DNA of 61,967 nucleotides, counting the filler, from Collodictyon triciliatum (taxonomy: Eukaryota): assembly GCA_043381765.1 (NCBI GenBank). It is 5 parts of 5 records of this genome, joined end to end, with 100 filler letters (N's around TTAATTAATTAA, not from the genome) between each part and the next. Parts side by side here need not be neighbours in the genome. Positions count along the whole stretch, not along the records: positions 39,256 to 54,495 come from JBHJMP010001700.1; positions 54,596 to 61,967 come from JBHJMP010001702.1; 3 more parts are not named here. One strand, 5' to 3'. The position numbers were made by a program, and so were the translations under genes. The notes under the pieces were generated by a model. That model saw only the letters and a list, made by a program, of their open reading frames with translations. It did not search any database and was not told the origin of the DNA. Positions within the stretch are counted from its first letter, which is position 1; each line of letters opens with the position of its first letter. Positions 40,359-61,967 of this stretch are shown here, piece by piece.

Positions 40359-40799
40359 GGAATCTTTGGCTGCGATTCACGCGGTATGGCGATAAGGATT
40401 TCAAATACCATCCATGGTTACAACGATAAGTTTCAATGAATCAAGGAATAAATCAGTGAATACCAAGTTTGATGCATTTGGCGTCGGCTCAGCTTGCTCC
40501 TTCCTGTATTGCATAAACAATGGAAGGTTAACATTCCATATCACGTGGTGGGCACGAGAGGGATAAGGAAGTAAAACAGTTCATTATTCTAATGGCACAT
40601 AATGCAAGCAGATTCTTACTGGAGAATATCTACAGTATTTTCACCATATGCCAGGTCGAGAAGGCGCTTCATTTGCTTTGTTGTAAAGTTGAGTGAATGT
40701 GAAAGACTGTTGTATCACCACCAAAATCAATGTGTGAAAAATAGGCTTTGAATAGCTATTTTTTTTTAAAAGAAAAGAATAATTATCTCACAAGATTGC

Positions 40800-54284
<13,485 letters not shown>

Positions 54285-54399
54285 CTATGTATGAAATGAA
54301 TTTGGATAATATCAATCTCAAATTCACAGAAAATAAAAAACGAACTGTGTGTACAATAAGAATTCTTTCCACAGAGAATTATGTTCTTGGATTAACGCA

Positions 54400-54495
<96 letters not shown>

Positions 54496-54595
54496 NNNNN
54501 NNNNNNNNNNNNNNNNNNNNNNNNNNNNNNNNNNNNNNNTTAATTAATTAANNNNNNNNNNNNNNNNNNNNNNNNNNNNNNNNNNNNNNNNNNNN
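54496..54595. other. Artificial contig spacer
   Basis: Same layout; genes on both sides are truncated. Confidence 0.97.
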
Positions 54596-54780
54596 AGAAA
54601 GAGAAAGAGAAAGAGAAAGAGAAAGAGAAAGAGAAAGAGAAAGAGAAAGAGAAAGAGAAAGAGAAAGAGAAAGAGAAAGAGAAAGAGAAAGAGAAAGAGA
54701 AAGAGAAAGAGAAAGAGAAAGAGAAAGAAGGAGATAACCCCGACGAAATATAAAACAGGAAAAAGCGATTATTTGCATAC

Positions 54781-56093
54781 CGGGCTATGCATCATTATAG
54801 TAGCACCGAACTTGTAGAGAGGAGACAACTCATCACCACGAACAACAACATCCCTTGAGAGTAGTCCTACTTCAGCCCTCATGTCAAAAATTTCTCCTCC
54901 AAACATTTGAAGATCACCAAAGTGTCCGTAGCTTAGTGGCTTTGTCACTGAAAAGGAATGTGGAATAATTTGAGGTAAATGCGCTTGATAAACTCCATCC
55001 TACAATCAACCAACCAAGAAAGAAACCCCCCGAAAAAAAAAAACATTTTTAGGACTATCCATCACACTACGTACGCGTGATTGTAGCTAAGTCGATGTCG
55101 ACTCCAGCTATGACGCATTCATCATATTCGTACATATCATATGAGCTTGAGGCGATGACGATTGTTTCACCGATCTTCCAGTCGACAGGTTCGCGAAGTG
55201 TGATCTTCGTGTCACCAGCAGAGACAGACTTGAAGTGCAAGATTTAGATAGGTCAGCTATGGCTCCTATACTTCTTACTACACATTCAATACACATAAAG
55301 CATCAATAACAACCTTTGCTAATTTCGTCCATACAGGGGTTCTTGGTCTGCCATGAATATCCAATTTGCCGTCACGAACGGCGATAACCTGTGTATAAAT
55401 AAATGTACCAATTTTATTAGAGAAATATGAATGGGGTTCCTTCTAATTAACATCCATAATGACCCTTGCTCTGAAGAATTGTAAATGGAAATCTTGAGAT
55501 ATAATGCTGGTGTGTGATATAAGTATTGAATATTGTCACGCTTACTTTTGATCCGTATATCGGCATCTCAGGGTCTTCTGGTGTTCCGTGCAGGGTTATT
55601 GTAGCTTTTCCGAGAAATGGTTCATCAAGAGTTCCAACGACCAAGCTCCCGCCCTTCACAAAAATATACGACGCATCTAATTGAATATTGTTGTCCGCCT
55701 TGTTTTCGAAAATGAGGTTTCCTTCGATGACAATCAAGTCCAATTGAGGTGGTGACATGTCGAGGAGGATGGTCATTCCAGAAGGTATTGATACAGAGTC
55801 ACCCCTGTATTAGTGAAAAGTGAGTAAATTTCCTTAGAATTTACGAAGGAAATCATTATTGATAAAGAATCATTACTCAAATGGCAGTGGCCCGTTTCCC
55901 CAGGTTGTCGGCGATGACCATCTATCAATATATGTAAATGTTGTGCTGTTGAAGACAACAGCAAATCCTGCACCTCTCACGCTCACAGACAAGGATGGTA
56001 ATTCATAGGACATTTGAGGCCCGGTTTTACATATGATGATTGATTGAGAAACCTAAAATGAAATATCATATGGATTGATAGATCAATGTGTAA

Positions 56094-56188
<95 letters not shown>

Positions 56189-58090
56189 AAGAAGTAAGAA
56201 AATATAAATAATTAAGTAAAAGGGCACATGTGCAACAGAACAAGGAGATCTATTGATCAAAATGTCTGGATCTTGTACTCCTAAATTGAGAAGTGACCCG
56301 CTAATCGTCACTAGTGTACCGCCTGCAGCCGTCCCGTTGGATGGGGTAATAGAAACAACTGTAGGAGTGAGCTCTTGGCGATAAGCAAAGCTCGTTTCTA
56401 GCAATTTTTCCATTCCATTTATTGATATCTGTGAATCAGATAGGGTCAGTGCGTTTCGTTTTCTTGCCTCTGGAGTTCTAACTTACGATTTATGCATGTA
56501 TATATGTATGTTATTAAATAAGAGAATTTTTACCTCTATAGGGCATATATTGCTACTTCCAGAGTTAATTGTGATTCCATAAAACCTCAGCTCAGCAATG
56601 CTGATAACCCAGTAGTTCCATGTATACTTTGGACCGACATATTGAAAGAAACGGAACGTATTTGATGTGCTGATTGAATAATTATTCCATCCAGGGTACG
56701 GGGCGTTAGAAATCTGCATACAAAAAAATGGCATTATTAATTTTACTTATCATAAGGTCATATGCAAACTGTTGATATCACTTGACTTTCTATGGAGTCG
56801 AGAGATTGTTTTATACATAGTTGTGGCTATAGTAATAGATATAGTTTATTTGAACTTACTGTTAGGAGCGACTCAAAGACCTTTCCATCAGCAGAAGCTT
56901 GGATAGAGCCATACCCGGTTTTGGAGTTAACATTTGAGAACTCATTTAGATTACGCATCTGCTCGTAGCCAAAATAGATGCTAACCTTTCTCAGTAATCC
57001 TTTTGTAGTCCCACCAAGATCATGCCCGACCTAGGTCAGAATAAATTTTTCATGAACATTGATTGTTAGGCCGATAACGACATAGCACCCAAACAAGAAT
57101 CGCCGTCACAAAGTGAAGGGTATTCATTATTTGACTGTGTCCATATTCGTGTATAACAATTAGAAAAGGGAAAAGGGAAAAGGGAAAAGAGAAAAGGGAG
57201 AAGGGAAAAACGTACTGTGCATTTTGAGGCGGTGCTGCATTTGATATACATCCACGTTCCTATGTTAAAATCAAACACATCGTTGGATATGGGGTTAATT
57301 AGAGTCCCCTTAATCTCCGATAAACCTCCGAAGCTATACCTCGAGAAAGAATATTCATTCACTAATCGCGGTGACAAAACAACTATCTCCGAAAACGAAG
57401 ATTCCATTACACGGGCATCGTTTCCACATATTCGTACACCAACATTTCTAGTATTCGGGTCAAATCTAGCTCCTGTGATTGTCACCTGAGTCCCACCATT
57501 AAAACTTCCAGATGATGGTACGATGCTAGACACTGAGAATCCTCTTGTTATACTAGACGATGGGGTAGTAGGGAACCCCTTCCCTTTTATGAAAACCCAA
57601 ATGTCATACGACCCTGCTGGTAGGTTGTGAATAGAAGCGGTTATTCGAGTTGAGCTGTGAGTTTCAAGATTAGCTATATAGCTTCCAATCACTATGCTTG
57701 CATTAGCCGTTAATTGATCTAGTTTCAACCCAGAATCAAATGTTTTGCTGAATTGGCGGGCCATAAATGGTTTAGAACCCGTCTGCTCGGTGACAGAATA
57801 TCGATCTGTGATGATGGATAGGAATTGTAATAATAAATAAAAGATATTAGAATGAAAATGATAGGCTTTTATGAAAGATTCTAAGTAGATATATGAGAAT
57901 AAAATATTGGGATTAGACGACAGAGTCTCCTTACAAACCTTCAATTTTTCGAAATCCAGGTAACTGGGAATAAATTGGTGTACTAGATGATGGAGTATCA
58001 GTGACAAATTGAGCCAGTGATAATGTTGTTGACTCTGTATTGTATAGAGTCTCGGACGCTGATTTTGATTGTGAGGGCATTTGAGGTTGA

Positions 58091-58121
<31 letters not shown>

Positions 58122-59556
58122 ACTGAGATAGCATTTGAGGTTGCGATTGCGATTGCGATTGAGACTGAAACTGGGATTGAGACTGAGACTGAGACTGAGA
58201 CTGAGACTGAGACTGAGACTGAGACTGAGACTGAGACTGAGACTGAGACTGAGACTGAGACTGAGACTGGGATTGAGATTGAGATTGAGATTGGGATTGG
58301 GATTGGGATTGGGATTGGGATTGAGACTGAGACTGAGACTGAGACTGAGATTGGTATTGAGATTGAGATTGAGATTGAGATTGAGATTGAGATTGAGACT
58401 GAGACTGAGATTGAGACTGGGAGTGCGATTGAGATTGCGATTGAGACTGGGATTGAGACTGAGACTGAGATTGAGTAGCAGAGTTCGTCAACAGAACTTT
58501 CTCAGATTGAGATTCTGATAGGGTGTTAGAGAATGTAAATATGGACGGGCTTGGCTCATAAGAGAAAGACGGGCTAGGTAGGGGCATATACTCTATGATT
58601 GCGTCAAGAGATGATCCTTCCACTGCCACATTTATAGAGGAACCATCATCAAGTACGTCAATTTTATCAACAATTGGTGTAATGTCGGCAGAGTATTGAA
58701 ATGGAGACTCGGAAAGGATAATTATTTCCCCAACAGAAACTCGTACATCTGTTCTTATAGATTTCAAGTCACTCTTTAACGATGGGAATAGACAAATAAG
58801 CGTCGAACTCGTCGCATTAACGGTCAAAGCTAATTCACCTCCCACAGTGACTACATTACTTGTAATATCAAGATGAAATCCTGAGCCTATGATTGTTATT
58901 ATTCCTCCTCCTACTGAACCTTTTCTGGGAAAAATATCATATATCGTTGGTTGGATGAAGACATATATCTGGCCATCAGAAAGTCCATAGTCAGGGTGAA
59001 GCAGCGATATTGATTGCTCTCCAAATGGGGCAACTGGAACTAGGCATATTATACTAGAGCTGGTGGCAGATCGAACTCTTGCCTCGCGCCCTCCGATGAG
59101 CACTTTAGTGAACTTTTCTGCAAAGAAATTTGATCCAGTTATTGTAAGAGTGTCCCCTGCAACAGCGGTTAAAGGTGCCACTGATGATATGACAGCTGTC
59201 AGTCCGATCGATGGATAAAAGTCACAGTCCGCAAGACAACCGGACGAAAATGTTCTGGCATAAACTGTGACTGGCTGAAATTTTCCGGCGTCATCAAGAC
59301 TGAATGCGGGAAGTGTGCATACGATAGAGTCCATATCTATGGCAGTGATGCTGCATATATAGTTACCAATAGCTACACGAACTTCATCCTGTGGCAGATC
59401 GAAACTTGGACCGTCGATCGTAAGAGGTATCCCACCCATGTAACCGGATTTCAGGGGTGTTACTCTAGTTATTGCTGAGAAAGTTGTGTTACTCTTTCTT
59501 TTTTTTTTTCATATGCTACTATAACTATTATTACACACTTGACTTTTATCGTCCCT

Positions 59557-59639
<83 letters not shown>

Positions 59640-61710
59640 GGGATATGTAGTATTGAAAAAAATTCAATCAAAATAAAGGTTTGGCCGGATTGTGAACATA
59701 CCTAGGTTAAATTTGACTTCCATGTCTTTGGGTGAAAAGGCTGTTAATTGGCTGTTGATGATTATCTCAGCAGAGTACGTGCTTGGACTAAGAAGTTTAA
59801 AAGTTAAAATAATATTTGGTTCTCTGATTACACAAATTTTGTTTTTTATTTTCCTCTGTGTTTCGTGCGGTCCGAGGTTAGCAAAGTAGTAAGTTATATA
59901 AGCTAACATGATTATGCATTACCTGGCTCCATATACATTGCAGATTATGGTTGTGTCATTTCTATTCTCAAGTATGCATCTCACATACATAACTTTGTTG
60001 CTGGTATCCCTTAGTATGACACTAGAGTTTGAACTCATGTCGAAATTTATTCCGCTCAAGGTAAAGGTAGTTTTTGAGAGTAGCCTTCCTTCTCTTGGGT
60101 GGACATTGTGAATCTCAGGTATGGTCACTGATTCAGAGGAGAAATTCGCATTTTGTGTGAGATGTGAACATAAAGTTTTACTTTGATTGTCACTGAATCG
60201 TTTATATTAGGCATTAATATCGAATAAATAAGAAAGTGTTTTACATGGAGAGGCACGGTATCGATCGAAGGATATGAAGGATTTTCCCGCGATGTTTCTA
60301 AGCACAATAGGGATAGTGTATTCGGCACCAAAGATTGTATCACTCTGTCTAATTTTCTCATTGGCACAAATGATCTATTTGTCAATTTATGTGAGATTAG
60401 TGTAAACTATGGATCAGAATCACGATTATCCGTCGTGTTTAGGCAACAAGCTCCAGAAAACTACCTGATTTGGAGTGCACTCCAGAACACTACATGATGA
60501 GTTCCCCACCATTATCATGATATTAGCCAAGTTCGAGCCAAATCCTTCTCCGATGATAGTAATGAGAGATCCTCCTCGCATTGATATTGATTTTGGAGAA
60601 ACATCAGTAATCTTCCACGGTACGTCGACGATTGAAAGACTATTGGCGTACCCCACATCTTTCGTAAACACCTGTGAGAATGTAAGTTGTCTTAGCAAAA
60701 TTTGAAAATCTTCTTTTTTATTTCTTTATTAGATAGAAAGTGACTAGGAGATTATTCTTACAGGAAAATTGATCTAAATATAAAAAAAAATACGCAAAGG
60801 TGACATATGAAAAGGATGATGACTAAGATTATCGGAATTTTAGCTTAGGGAGCAAGCTAAAGAAATTATGCTCACATTTAGTTTATGTGAACCACCCTCT
60901 ATTATTCTACAAACGCAGAGTATAGAGTTCTGAGAGGACGAAGTGACAATGCAATTATTCTGTCCAAATGAGACTATTAAATCCTCTGATTGGTGTGAGA
61001 ATCCTGTTGGTAGGTTAATAAAATTAAGTGCACGATTGAATTTATAAGGACTCTGTAAAGACAAGAGGCGTGCCTTTAAAAAAAAAAAATTACACTAGCG
61101 CGATGTATGTTCATGAATAAGTGAAGAAAATATTCAACTACATAGAGACGAAAGAAAAATTAACCCGATCCCGTTATAATCAGAGATGCAAATGTTTCGT
61201 TGATCGTGCTATATGTAAAAGAAAGGACTGAAGGAGTTTTTGCAGCCACAAATTCATGAGTGCAGCTCCCAGAGCAAAGAATAACATTATTCCCAATAGC
61301 CACGGTTAGTTGCTGTGTCTCCTCTGAGAGAAATAAAAATATACATTATGAATACGAATCATCTGCAATTACAACATCATGCAACAAAACGACTATAAAG
61401 GAAAATTCAAAAAAGGAAAAGGAAACCGAACCGACACTCCTGAAGAAATCACTTGATAGCGGAGCAATGAAGGATCCAAGGCTACCCTTCACTATCTCAG
61501 AGAAGCTGAGAGATGGCTTCCCTAACTTCTCGTCTCCTCCTGAAATGGACGAGATGTTGAATATTGGATTTATTACGTCCCCATAGACACCTCCATATGA
61601 AATCTTCCAGTATCTATAGTAATCGTAGTAGCTGTAAGAGGACACAGTGACGGATCCCGTGGTATTCAAGAGTTCTTTAAGTGTGTCACTAAAAGCGCTA
61701 TCAGTCACTC
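54781..61710 (-). CDS. Fibrocystin-L (PKHD1L1)-like protein: IPT/TIG repeats, galactose-binding-like segment and G8 domain; partial at both ends
   Basis: TIG repeats (VSPKSISMRGGSLITIIGEGF; PSSGSFNGGTQVTITGARF; PSNGTAAGGTLVTISGS). G8: ILLDMSPPQLDLIVIEGNLIFE...LDASYIFVKGGSLVVGTLDEPFLGKATITLHG...YGSK. Downstream VDWKIGETIVIASS and MRAEVGLLSRDVVVRG. Confidence 0.92.
56092..56188. repeat. (TAAA)n intronic microsatellite
   Basis: Direct reading. Confidence 0.95.
58066..58480 (-). repeat. Coding hexanucleotide repeat encoding a long (Gln-Ser)n tract
   Basis: (GAGACT/GAGATT/GGGATT)n on +, in frame within ORF 57931-59439. Confidence 0.9.
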
Positions 61711-61901
61711 CGTAATCAATGTTGGCCTGATGGATAAATTTTTATGACAAGGAATGAGTACATTAGTCTCTCATAAGTAAGGATAACATAAAAAATCCAG
61801 GAGGATCTAATGCATTGACCAAAATTTATGCTGGGCCTCATAGTGTAACGTGAGCTCTTCATATAATTATAATAATGATAATAATAATGATAATAATAAT
61901 G

Positions 61902-61967
<66 letters not shown>

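Noticed and set aside
58017-58518. (ET/EI)n and (RL)n ORFs on the + strand
   Set aside because: Antisense readings of the QS repeat.

Overview
This is eukaryotic, AT-rich, intron-dense and microsatellite-rich DNA. Gene content (STAT-like, ROCO, VIT-vWA, fibrocystin-L-like) suggests an amoebozoan-like protist, which is inference. The window is five contigs joined by artificial 100-nt spacers (N44-TTAATTAATTAA-N44), so adjacency across those joins is unproven. Genes reconstructed by manual splicing: a tandem-BTB protein (partial), a divergent GATA-type zinc-finger protein, a STAT-like SH2 protein, a VWA5A-like VIT-vWA protein, tRNA-Glu(TTC), a GC-rich intronless Sel1-repeat ORF, a PTS2-bearing acyl-CoA oxidase (~24 exons), the first exon of SMC6, a poly-C2/coiled-coil protein, and part of a PKHD1L1-like IPT/G8 protein. 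A decayed zone (~25.7-32 kb) holds a LINE reverse-transcriptase fossil and an LRR-Roc-COR-kinase pseudogene. Best leads: (1) a protein with at least 10 C2 domains in strict A/B alternation; (2) a STAT-like protein with an intact SH2 arginine but no phosphotyrosine tail; (3) a short dispersed intronic element, one copy with a 15-bp TSD and an AATAAA/poly(A) end; (4) a G-U-rich hairpin upstream of the GATA gene; (5) GC-AG introns, a 12-nt microexon and a U12-like intron in the oxidase. Exon boundaries are hand-derived and no database searches were run.
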